DNA of 64,000 bases, taken from positions 68,572,001 through 68,636,000 of the forward strand of contig OZ320318.1 in the NCBI GenBank assembly GCA_976226885.1, read 5' to 3'. The position numbers and the translations under genes are program-made. Source of the stretch: Iphione sp. A-MEVVRFRX5 (taxonomy: Eukaryota). The notes under the pieces were generated by a model. That model was not told the origin of the DNA and did no database searches. It saw only the letters and a program-made list of their open reading frames with translations. Below, piece after piece: positions 1 to 12,953 of this stretch. How positions within the stretch are numbered: the stretch's first letter is position 1; each line of letters begins with the position of its first letter.

Positions 1-1849
1 ACCTCTTCGAAGCATTTTATGTATTTCAAGGCCTTTTTGCCACTGAAATCTTTTATTTTGTGGTCAGTGACTCCATCTTACCCGTATGTTGCTGAAATAG
101 TTAATTTTGCTTGGTTTAAAAACAGTGATGACAGAGGTCGTACCTGAAGTGCATCTATCAACTTGTGTTTCTTGACCCTATATGATCCGTCATACATTGT
201 TCGAGTAATCGTTTTCGAATTCTCTTTATACCAAAGTTTTTTTCTGATGTTGTTGCGGATTTCCTTTAATTCTGGAACTGATTTGAGAGATTAAGATCAC
301 AAGATTAGGTAGACAATTCACTCAGCTTGATACCACCAATAAATATAATAAAGTAAATCCATATACTAAACAATTACACAGTAGCTGAAACAGTGGGCGG
401 TTAAAATTAACGTTCGAAGATCCACAAGAATACAACGTAATATATTATTAACATGAAGTGCCAAAATCTTAGTTTCATCGACCGGTCAATATGACGTACA
501 TTCTTGCTATTTTCCCCGCTAGACGATATCCATTTGGGAAATTGACATGCCGACACTAATGCTAATATGCATGTTCCGAATATCCCATTCTTAAACGATG
601 TCCAGAACGTTGTCCCATTTTCATTTCCTTAAATGTTATCGTTTCCAATACAGAGAGATTTTAGATGTACGCACTGTAATATTTGGCCTGGATTTCAGTA
701 CACAAAGTCCAAGTGGTTATTCTATAGATGCCATTGCGCATGACTAGGAAAAAACGTGGCGCCCCAGAGGCGCCATGAAGACCTCTCTCGGTGTTATGCA
801 ATAATGGTAAAGGTGGCGCTTCATAGCACTGATTGATGACACTCCGCGCATGCGCTTTATCTACTACCAGCCACTCGGCGCCAGACCAGCATTCAAATCC
901 CTAACCACATTTAGATATCAACTTCTCTTGTCATGATTGACCTGGTATCTCCCCAAGTATTTTTTCTCCTACTACGTCCAATTTACTTCTAGGTGCATAC
1001 AATCAGCATTCCGAACCTGCGCCTGAAGCATTCGCGATTTACAGATATACGAATACGCGCCTACTATTTCAGGCTTACAATTTTAACGAATGTTGTGCTT
1101 GCTCACAATACAACCCTTCAGAACCAGCTGAGAGACTCTGGTCCTACCTACAAAGGCATTCGGTAGAGCAGCTCGCACGGGTAGGTCATCGACGTGACCA
1201 ATTAAGCCGCCTATACATTTTGGTTTATCGCGTCTCTTTATCTTTGCCACTCGGTCCAACCACCAGCAGTCAGCCACGCAATAAAGCCACCCATCACCTA
1301 ACAGTCTAGGCCACCCAACACCTGGCAACTTTGTGTGGTATTCCATCACGGTAGGGCTGAGCCAACCTGAATTGATTGCTACGTCTAGTCGCCTATTACC
1401 ACTGTCTGGTCCTACTTCACTCAGTAAGCCATATTTGTCTGCCGCCAGTTGACCTACCTGTCCTGCCTGCCCCCACACCCGCTTTGTCCAGTCGGCCATT
1501 ACCGCATTGTCGTAATGTCTTGCCATATTCATCTCTGTCCGAATGCTGGTCTCGCCTGAACTGAGCCAGCCTATATAGCTTATTACCACTATGTATAACA
1601 TACCATCATTCTCCCAACAACCCCTTGGTGTCCCGCATCAATGATCATTATGGGCTGGAAAAAAAGTGTCTCGCTTCACTTGCCACTTCTGGTTCAAACA
1701 ACAATCCGATCATTTTTTGCAATGTTGAAAGGCCCCCTCCCCCCCTCTCTGCCGAGGCTCCAACCAAAGAACTAGGAACGATTTGTTCACACCACTGGGG
1801 TATTAGACGGGGCATTATAACCAGTGGGCAGTCTACTTCCAAATCGTAG

Positions 1850-2395
1850 TCTGCCAATCATATATTGACCAGGACAGTAGCCATGCTTTACTACAGTTCT
1901 GTTCTGCCATTCATATCTTCCCTGAGATAATGGAGAGCCTCTACTCTGATCCAGGTCTTCTGGTCATATTATGACCCATATCGTTACCAGGCTTTACTAC
2001 AAGCCTGGTCTAACAATCATATACTTACTGGTATTGTGACCAGGCTTTCCCGAACCGCTGGTCTGTCATATTCTGATCAGGATAATGGCCAGGAGTCACT
2101 GCAATATCGATTTGCTGATCACATCTTGACATGGAGAGTGGCTAAGTTCTATCACGATTATGAAATGCCATTCACATCTTGATCTAGATAATGGCCAGGT
2201 TCTACGATGATCCTGGTCTGCCAGTCATATCGTCACCACAGTATTTACGGTAGCGCTGATCTTCTTGTCATATCTTCACCAATATAATGGCCAGTCATAA
2301 CCTCAATAACAGTATATATACGCAGTGTATCTTGACCATCATAATAACCAGTCTTTACCACAACTGTCGTCTGCCAGTCGTATCTCGATCAGAAT
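1850..2395. repeat. Degenerate minisatellite, about 53-bp unit, about 10 copies
   Basis: Recurring GTCTGCCAGTCATATCTTGACC..GATAATGGCCAGG..TACTAC motif. Confidence 0.65.
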
Positions 2396-5300
2396 GATAC
2401 GTCCTTCAACTGACCTGACAGACATGGCTCGACCAGAAGAGCAGACTGCCTATACGTTTACGTAGCCTACTTGGTCCTTTCTCAACTAGTTGGGTAGCCA
2501 TGCTCTGCCATTTCCATCCGGCAACTTTTCTAGCCTTGTAAGGCAACCCCAGTCTGGACGACGAAGCCGGGCCAGTGCAGCGGTTCGGCTTTTGCCAGCA
2601 CGGCCATAATCATGCCCTGCAGACGCCTAGCCACATCCGCTTTCCGTTGGCTGTCACCTCAGGCCAACCCAATCTGATCGAGTGTCGATGGCCCCTGGTT
2701 TATGGTCAGCTCAGTGACTTCCAGCTGCTCGCGAACCGCCTCCCAAGGCGAGCAGCTCGTCAGCCATGATCTGACCCGCCTAGAGCAGACAGGGACTAAA
2801 TCACAGCCGGCTATAGGAGACGGGGAGAGGAGCGGTGGTGTGTGTGTTTGCGTATGTGTGTGTGTGTGTTAGGGGTGGGATGGGGAGAGATAGGGGACCG
2901 AGGGGCATGTTTAGAGCCCATTGTGGTGAAAACTCTATCATGGAATGATTGACGTGTCACCCTACTTCTCCAGGGAATCGGCCGTATTGGCCGACAAAAT
3001 GGGTTACTAAAACGTATAGTTCCTGTCCGAGTCGGTCGCCGGAGAGCGAAGCGTACGAAAACCGAATTTGTATCATCCACACGAGGGGAAATATTCATAC
3101 ATACGCTGCATATTCTATATGCATGCATAGAAAGGCAGACAACGAGAGGAGGCCGATGCACACTCTACCAGTATAACATAAAAGACAGAGCCGTCGTGTC
3201 TACTTTTAAGGGAAACGGTCGTTACTACATTTGCCTTACGCGACTGAACTATCGACTAGTAGAAGTTTAGCCCTCGCATCCTGTCAATACTCGTGCTAAT
3301 CCCATTTTAATCTGAGTCGCCCTTTATTGCAAGACCTTCGTCTCCAGATACCCTAGTAGAAGACCAGAGCAATATTGGCACATCTGCAACATCAGAACAC
3401 CCTAATCTTACTTCAAGGGAAATTTACCTACGGCTCAATAATGCCATCATGTAATCAGGAAGTTTGATTGAATGTGAAGAGTGTAACGATTATTATAATT
3501 ATCTAAGTATGGTTGCTTAATCTCGGAATATTGATCGGTATATTTCAGGCACATGCATATGTTTCCACTTAAATAAATCCAAAAAATGGCATCTACATAT
3601 TCATAAAAGCAATCTGCGCCAAAGAATATTACATGGATGAAAGAACGCCATACACTAGATGTTGAAAATTGCCTGGTTATAAAGTGGACCGATTTAGAAA
3701 TAAATGGCAGGCCTGGAAATTCTCAGCTAATCTATAGTCTTTATCGAGCCATCAAATTGGTAGCGCCAGGAAATCGGCGAGGGATGTAATTGCTCCAGTG
3801 TAGTGTATTAAAAGTCTAGTAGAACGACATACTCATGATATACATTTTTGAGCAGGCTGTTGCACTGTACTTACCAGTGTCAATCGGAGGTCAGCACCGA
3901 TCATAAACTTTTAGAGAGCAGAACCTTGGTACAATGTAATTCTTTGTTGTATTCCAAAATTCAATGCATATTTCGACAGAATATCGGTACAGAGTACCTA
4001 AGAATCGGAGAACAAACCAAACATGTCCCATACACTACATGTGTACCCGCGGCAGCAACTGGCACATCTGCGCCACAGGTAGCATGTCCCACCACAAAAC
4101 CGGTAGAGCAGACCAATAAAAGAAAACTTTCATATTAAAGGGAGGCAATGCAGGGCGAAACCAATGTGATAACGTTTACAAACACAAACCAACACACATG
4201 CTCTTTAGGCAAATCTTAACGTTTATACCTTAAAATCTTAACATTTATACCGGTAATTACATTCTTCAGCAACACCCAAGTTCACTTGAATATATGTGTG
4301 CGACATGGTTAGCCGTCCGTATGACATAACTACTAAAAGTTAGGGTTGTCACATGAAAAATTTACGAGTAGAGCATTTGAAAACGGGATGGGTGTCTTCG
4401 GCAGAGGTAAGTAATTTCAGGCTGCCCAGTCCGAGTGGACCAAAGGGCAGGTCCCCGGTAGGTTACCTAGCGCTGTCTGTACGTCAAGCAAACTGAAGAG
4501 GGTCGCTCGAAGAGCACGAACCGGTGTATACAACTTTAATCGGATCTACAGGGAAGAACAGACGGCGCACCGCTGCCTAGCCCGGCGGCAGTCGGCCATA
4601 AATTAGTGATGCAGAGGGCACGACCGAGGCAAACCCTTCACACCCACTGCCAGTCATACAGGATCATTCCACCCGGGTTTTAGAAGGTGTTAAGCGTAGT
4701 AAGTGGCTCATCAAAGAGTGTACGCGGACGGACTGAAATATTAGAGCTGCGGCGATTTTGAGTGGAGGTGCGTTGCTCGGCCTGCATGGTGATTCGTTAA
4801 CCTGATACTGAACTGCTCCTGACTACTCGAGCAGATTTTTGGCGGTTTGCACACTGTCCCTGAAGATACTCAGGTTCAACCATAGCCTAAGAATTGCTAC
4901 CTTAAGACCAAATTTTACAGGGTCCCCGGTTGGTGTCGACTTGTATAAAAGAAAGAAAATAACCATCGACAAATCTCATACGTGCCAGAGATTGCCAGTT
5001 TCATACTGCACATTTGGATAGATGACCAATGTTACAGTGTTTCAGGCAAGGTCGTTCTCTCTACAGCAGCGACCGTGTGATCTACGGCTGCAGGAATTCG
5101 ACTCTAATCCCTCAAGCCTCAGGGCAGCGGAAGTTTGGCCTCATTTCGGAACCTAATTTCCTCCTCATTTGAAGGACAGATCTAGGATATGTTTTTTGAA
5201 CAGCGAAGGCTCACATTCAGCGGAGGACTTAACAAACTCCATTTCGATGGTGCACTTGATATGGTTGTTTAGTAGGGAAAATAGGACCTGCCTGATATTC

Positions 5301-8300
5301 AAACTGTCAAACACTAGATTCTGTACCCTGTCACTGAGTTAACGGACATAGAGCTCAATTCAAGAAAAATGTTTTTCTTTGCTTCTCCTGTGTTCTATTT
5401 CCCGGCCACAACACACTCTATATGAACATCACACAATCAGAAACCACTGCCATGAACAATATCGTTATGGACGCTGTCAGAAATATCTCCCACGCATCTC
5501 CCGTCTGGAAGAGAATAACTAATCGTCCAGGGCAACGCAGAAGCAGTGCCGAGAGACAGCCTGCCTTATCACAATGTAATACAATGTTGTAAAGCTTGTT
5601 ACAATCTGATGATACTACTATTGATTTGACCTAACTCCCATATCTCTCAGCCAACTGTAGCCTCAAGGTCCTACTGACACTACTGTTAACACATACAATC
5701 AAGTGTCTGACTAAAAATCAATGTTCAATGATTTTTTTTCGGTCGTGTTATGTAGAATACTAATTATATTAACGATAAGCCAAAATAAGGCGGCTGGCAT
5801 CCTTTCAGGGGTGAATTTGATGTATTCGTATATTGTAACCAACTTCATATTAAAGTGGCACAATTATTAGAAAACTGAAAACTGTGACCGTGCAATTAGC
5901 ACAGCTTCAACCTAAATCCCATTAATTCAGAGAATATCGGAGGTAAATAGTTAAAGTCCCTGTTATCTATGCTTCGATACCGACCATTTTAGTCTCACTT
6001 CTGGTCGCTCGTTTAAACTTTAACTTTCTTCAAATCATTGAAATGGGGGAACAATTGGGTCTCCCTGACACTGCGCTGCTACTAGGTGAATAAAGCGACA
6101 TTCTGCTGTGGGCACCAGCTGTGGATCATGCTGCCTCTCTGTAATACAGTCACAGCCAGTCAGGCGGCTTTTAATTCACTCAAGGATGCGCTTGCTGCGA
6201 GAAGGTAGGGTGAATTATTGAAACCTGGCGCTCGCTCCGCCTTCCTCCCCACACACCTTTCATTTCATCTCTGTACAATTCCGACTGCTACTCGTATTTG
6301 GATTTGGAAAAGGATACCCAGCGAATGTGCGGGCCGCAGGCAGGATAGGTGAATAATGAATCATGTAAATGACAGCAATGTCTACGATTTTTATACACGC
6401 AGACATGAAGCGTTGGATCCAATGAAATCCTGACAGCATCACGAAGGCAGCTAAGCAAGGGACGAAATAGTCATAACCCAAACGGAGTAAATCAGGCGAT
6501 ATGACTGCGTCCTTTACGATCATAAGCACCGTTTGCATCCTAGTTATTGTAATGAAATTGATTTGCAGCATTTCTTCCTGTAATTCGTCTGTGTCATTGT
6601 GAATATCGGCAAGAATTTAAGAGCAATAGGTGAATGGCGTTGTAAATTGTCTCTTTAAGACATCTGCCAGAATGGTGATGTGAGTGCTGTCGTATGATGC
6701 CAGACACAATCACGATTGCTGAAATACGCCCGCATGTCCGATTAATTTCATGCGCAGCCATTCATTCAGTTGGTAGTGGTCGTTCTCACCTGACTGTGAT
6801 CAACTCACCTGCCAGATGACTAAAAGTGTGATCTGATCATATAATCGGGCAGTCTTTTTCAATGTAAGAATATGTTGAGGAGCCGTTTTCAAAACATGAA
6901 ACTAACCGGAGTGAGGAGATAATCGTACGTCAAACGACAGACGTCATTTAATGTTTCCAATAAATGCCATTTCCTGCGTTCAGTTTGAAAGTAACGCTCA
7001 ATATTCATTTCATGCTGCCCCACATTGTGATAGCAGAAGAGACAGTCATTCTAATTACAGCATAAAACATGATTTCTTTTTCGTTTTTCCACTAAATAAT
7101 TCCTAAAAGCCATCTTTCTCTTGTGCTAAAAATCTTTATTGCTTTTTAGTAGAAAAAGCAATAAATTCATAATACCAACAGACATTATGTAGGTTATTTC
7201 TGAAACAGAGAATGTGCATCGACAGAAGGCAACATACGGGGTATTGTGGTGTATTGTATATAATACACTATGGAACATGTTTCATGTGCAATGCATTAAT
7301 AAAATAATGGATAGCTTTAGATATAAAAATGGCAAAGTAGACGTCAGCATTCATATTGTAACCGTGTCTCGTGTGAGCGCAATAAGGACTAATGCCTTCC
7401 CTTTTTCTTATTCAATCCCACCTACCAAACTCCACTAATACTAATGGGCTCATAAAAAACATTGCGCCCACGTCCTCCAAATATCATCCAGTGTGTAAGT
7501 GAAATTATTGTAAAGAATACCTTTCAATAGCTTGGTTGGTTTACTATCAGAATCAGAAGACTTAAATCAATATTTTTAATTGTTTAAACCTCTCTTTCAA
7601 GCTAGGCCATTTCTCTCCGTCTTTGTAGAAAGAAATGATCCCAAAATTGAGGAAACCCTTTTAGAAAAGTAAGCGTATTTTGTATGAGAAATTGTCAAAA
7701 CGACATAAATTTATTTAAGTTTTAGTAATTCTACAACGCTATGAAAAACGTGTTTCAAAGAGTGAACCACTGTCATTTGTAGTAAAATAAGAAAAGATAT
7801 TATTTTCTGGTTTTATTTTCACTTGTGTCCTCCGACCAGTTGCTGGCCAAACGCTTAAATTCTTTGTTGTCAAGATTAGTTTAAAAGTAACGATATATTC
7901 AAGACTATATTCTGAAAATGAGAATTTGTCATAACATTGATAAGGAACAATGCACCAGGCTATGGCACGAATTATAGGTGTTTCTGGTTATGGGAATAGC
8001 GCATTGGATTAGAACTTTTTCCCTGACTAGAATCAAAATCTCTGTGGAAGTATTTGCTTAAGAGCACATTCTATCACAAATTCTTTTTTCAGGACCAAAT
8101 GACATTATCTTACATCATCATAATATGCATCATGAACAAGAAACATGTATTCAGGCTCAAATTCATGTCTTTCATGAAGACCTCGATTTGGGATTTAAAA
8201 AGCTACCTGATCCATTAGAAGCTTCTACCTAGTTTCTACGAGTGGTTTTCTTTTAGAAAAAAAAACTTGACGTGTTTGTTCTCTTGCGTATTCTATGCTG

Positions 8301-9239
8301 AATTAATGCTTAATTGACGTTGAATTACACGGTTTTGCTGAAATACGTCATCATTTTAATTGCTAAAGAAAATAGAGGTAGATGGAGATTTTTTTGGAAA
8401 CTAGGCTTTGAAATGCAAAGTATATTAGACAACTTTAGATATGTAATGTCATAGAAATTGGTTAAGAATATAACACATGCACATGCAGAAATTCCTTCTG
8501 AGACTGGAAAAGTAGTAAAACCCGAAAGATCATTAATGCGAACGGAAACCTTTAATGTCACTTGATGCATTAAAGCTGCTGTGAAGGCTGCTGGTGAGAA
8601 AGTTCATCAGTCTCAATTAGAGGCAAATGTACTCATAAATCATAAAGTAGTTCACACGATGCTGATTATTTGAAGATAGTATTATTCAACTTGTTGCCTT
8701 GTAAAACTAGTAATAACGGCAGATTGTAAAGCAGTGGTCTGGTCATTTACCATAACCATTGACAAGATTCATCACTTTGGAGAATATCTGAACCAATGCT
8801 TTCTACTCTGAAAAAAAGATTACTTTAAAGATTGTTGGCTTAAGACGTTGTAACATGTAATATGCTAAGGCATAGAATGTGTCAATAGGAAGAAATACTA
8901 CAAGCCTTTCATTTTCAACACTTTGAAAGTGTCTATGTGAAAGGATATGTTTTTTTGTCCATAAAGTACAGATAAATGCAGCTATTACAATTAACACCAG
9001 TATTGTATTACACATCATTAAATTAACATATTGACACCTGATGTAATTTACAATACTGCTCTTGGTCATTAAAAACCTGTAACGATTTGTGCTTAGTTTT
9101 TTACTGGTTTTACCTTATGAATATCATAGTCTTTTTCAGGACGTTCTATTTTCATCAAAATACTCTTCTTCTAGTCAAACCTTTACGAACAAGTTTTATT
9201 ATTCATGATGGTGACATGATATTTCATGATAAACGTAAG

Positions 9240-9242
<3 letters not shown>

Positions 9243-9297
<55 letters not shown>
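9243..9297. repeat. (AG)n microsatellite
   Basis: Uninterrupted AG run. Confidence 0.99.
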
Positions 9298-9301
<4 letters not shown>

Positions 9302-12300
9302 GGTCAGAGTAGGACGGTGTTATTTGGGGGAATCAATAACCTCCGAATGTAACAACATAGCTGTGTAACGAAGGGAATACGAGCCCCGTCTTAGGTACAG
9401 CCTGACATAATAGCTCTGACGTTTTTAACAAAGAAACATCACCCCTAGCAATATGCAGCTTACTATATATACCCTAACCATGAGCGAAAATAGTTTCTCG
9501 ATTGCAGTGGTCAACTCACCTGTTAAAATTGTTGGTCAGTTGCGGTCTGTGCATTTGCCCCTATAGCCAGACGTGGGCGAGCGACTGGATGGGGTCAGGC
9601 ATCGGTCAAAGCCAGGGAATACCCACTGGGCAGTCTTCTGATGGATGAGTGCATATTAATGCAATTTTCATTCTACCTTGCCTCAAAATCGCCTCGCCGC
9701 TTAAGCAGCACAGGCAAACCTTTCATCGTTGAATCAAAATTGGAGTGCCAACTTCTATAGCATTCAGCATACCCAAGGGCAAGGCAAACATCTATCAAAA
9801 TAATTATCAGAGATTAGGTTTATTGGGATTGTGAGTGTTCTGTATGTATATTGTTATCATATATGGAGTTTTGCAGAATGGTCAAAATATAGTACAAATA
9901 GAAAAACAACAGAAAAAGAACAAACGGAACGTAAGACTTTCACTGTTTTCAATAAAGTTTATGAATTCCATTGTAATAAATTTTTCGGAGGAAGGGCTGG
10001 CTAAACGAAGGACTTAACACAGGTTCTTTAACACTCATCGTAACATATTTGTAGGTCTCCTGAAAATATTATCGAACAGTCGAATGAGTATGTTGTGGTA
10101 ACGTCAAAGCTAATATAGACCCATTATGCTTGAGACACTATTAACCGTGACTTTGTTGTCTTGTTGTCAAATTAATTGTGCATGCTCAAAAAGTAAATCT
10201 TGTGCATCATACATGGCTACAGGAAGCCTTCTGGTACCATTTCCTAAAGAGCTATTCATGAGCATATTAGATTCCCAAGTCACGATTAAGGAGGCATTTT
10301 ACCTCGAATCTATACCTTGTTTCTTGTTATTGCCTATACCACTGAACAGCATTAACCTTTTTAGAAAGGCCAAGAATATGTTAAAATCTTCTAGCCTTGA
10401 AGCAATAGTAGCCCAACAACCCCAGACGCGATTGTTACACTGGGTTGTCTTTATAGTAGATCAAAACATTGGACAAAGCTTCGAATCTTAACCCCAGGCC
10501 CGGGTCGAAGCCGGGTAACGATTTCTTTAGGCCTCACAGAGTGTGCATCACATGGTCTACTTTGTATGAAAGTAAGTTTAGCTGCTACTTCAAACAGAAT
10601 GGAGGATGTATCCTTAACACACACACGCTGGCCAGAAGCGTAGCCGTGATCGGCATCGTTCCCATGCTTATGAAAGTGGAATGAGATACGTGATGTGCGT
10701 TATTGCATCTCCAATGAGGTGCTGACGAGCAGCTCGGAACACTGCTTTACACTGCACGCAAGACCGGTTTCTCAGGCTTGGCGTGCTCAGATTCTTTGGC
10801 TCATGTACACTCATTTACAAACACACAAACATACTTGCGAACCACTTCTCGTGGAAGAGCAGGGTCAATAGGTCGTCCTGAGAGGCTCGCTATATGTAAG
10901 ATGATCTGCGCCCCGAGTCTACCGCGCGTATAGATGTGAAAAAATAAGAATGCGTTAACAGTTCGAAGCATCATGCTAACCCCTTACTGCTGCTTTGTCG
11001 ACCTTTAGGCGTGTCGTACTTGTCTAAGACTAGTCAATTTATACATACGCATAATACACGGTAGTTTCTTGTTTTGTAACTCCGCCATCAGGTCATCGCT
11101 CTCAACGTTCATAGACGATAATCCCCGCCGGGCAGCGCGTTTTGACATGTGTATTGCGAACACATTTTCTGCGTGAAAAGTTATCAGATAGGCGATATCT
11201 GTAACATTTTTTCGGCCTTTTTTTATCGTTACAACTCCTGCATGAAAAGGAGTATCGAATTGCCTATATTCAACATAGTGCTTAACTCCTGACAGATCCA
11301 TTTCATAAGGTGAAGGCCACCATTGGCATTGACTTTATGGGCGGGAAGATAGAGACGGTTTTAGGATAAAGGTCACCTCTTAGTCACCGAGATGCATTAG
11401 ACAGGGCATAGCTGTGCTTCTCCTAGGGGCTCAATTATTTGTGGAACAGTTGAACCAGAAATGCCAACATGGGAGCATAAAGCAAATCCCAATTCATTTT
11501 CTTTGACATATTTATGTTTTGCATCAGAGAGAAAGCCTTAAACATTGTTTGGCATTCCAACATTTGATCCTCGTGCCAGCTAGTGCGGAGCGCACGAAAA
11601 AAAAACATTACTGTGCTATGTCATATATATACGAGAAATATTGGGCAACGGGTTCATAAAGTAATATAGTTTTTGTGAACTGCCTCGGCACACGTGAGAT
11701 TTGACATCACCGTTAGTAATAATAATAAGGAGGAAAGAGTATAGCACACCAAGAAGGCTATTTGGCTACCGAGCGCAATATTAGCATATATGATACCGCC
11801 ATAGTATACTTCAGAGATTAACCCTTTCATACCTAGAGTCATCAGTTGTTCTATTTGCTTTTCCAAGCTCCGTGACTTGTCGTGTATCTGTCTCCAGCCT
11901 TAAGTATCTGATGGCGAAGGGAATTATCTAGAAACGCTTTTTGTGCACGGACGAGTCATCGGGTTTGTCTTCAAAATGTGTGCATGTTGCACGGCATATG
12001 TCTGCGTTGTTTAGGATTTGACATGTTAAGCGCTTGGACCAGACTGGTACCCGGGGGGGGGCACCATAGAAATTGTATGAGTAGTTTGTAGTCATCTTAC
12101 CTGAATATTTGGAAGGTACACCTACGCAAGGCGACGATAGCGAAATATTTCAAGGAGGTGCCGATGCTCCACGTACATTTTACCTGTCGAATCAGTAATA
12201 TCATTGTCCTTCCTTCATCAGAGGATACATTATAGCCATCGCAATATTGTTTCATTGGACGTGTACGCGTTGATTTGGTTTGCCACTGAACCCTTCAAAG

Positions 12301-12867
12301 AAAACGTTTTGAATGAGCAAGCCTCGCGCAGGTGAATCAGTCCATGATGTACCTGTTTGTGAAGAAGTACTTCATGAATGAAGTGGGGATGCTAGGCTAT
12401 GGGCTTCTCGTCTGTGGAGCCAGTTATAAAGTGCCGCTCTGGTGTACCTAATGCAGTTTGTATTGCAGCATGCGTGCAAAAGGATATTTACTTCCGCAGG
12501 TGCTTTGCAACTAAAGCCGTCCCGATACATGTATATGCTCGACCAAACAGACATTGTGGTCCAGACATACATGTATTTCTTTTTAGACGAGAACAACAAG
12601 TAAGAGATATGTGTAATGTGCAAAGTCAGACTGCGGACCCCACATCTCATCGTCGATACAAACATTGCCGGACAGCTTCGTTCCTTTGGATGCTTGAGAG
12701 TATTATAAGTGAGGGATATGGAAATACTTCAGGTGTCTAGGGCTAATCGTCAGCCCTTAATAGGAGGTTATTCAGTCGTGAGAAAGCATCTAGATCACTC
12801 CTATTTTCAAAGTACCGCTTTGTTGTATCAATATGATCCTCTGATGATTCGGATGAAGTAGGATTCC

Positions 12868-12889
12868 TGTCTCTCTCTGTCTCTGTCTC

Positions 12890-12950
<61 letters not shown>
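12868..12950. repeat. (CT)n/(CTGT) microsatellite
   Basis: CT run with CTGT variants at the 5' side. Confidence 0.98.

Positions 12951-12953
<3 letters not shown>

Noticed and set aside
1850-2395. Coding-repeat or CRISPR-like reading of the 53-bp array
   Set aside because: The unit length is not a multiple of 3, there are no unique spacers between conserved repeats, and the context is eukaryotic.
4388-4406. ATG GGT GTC TTC GGC AGA G|GTAAGT as a possible first coding exon of the Ig gene
   Set aside because: Strong donor, but no linking exon for the signal peptide or first half of the V domain was found; unsupported.
5020-6220. Gypsy-like fragments (EFDSNPSSLRAAEVW; QAAFNSLKDAL)
   Set aside because: Two short motif resemblances with no supporting RT core or LTRs; too weak to call.
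12399-12740. 113-aa ORF with faint Harbinger-nuclease-like words (RRYKHCRT, ISEGYG)
   Set aside because: No DDE spacing or TIRs identifiable.
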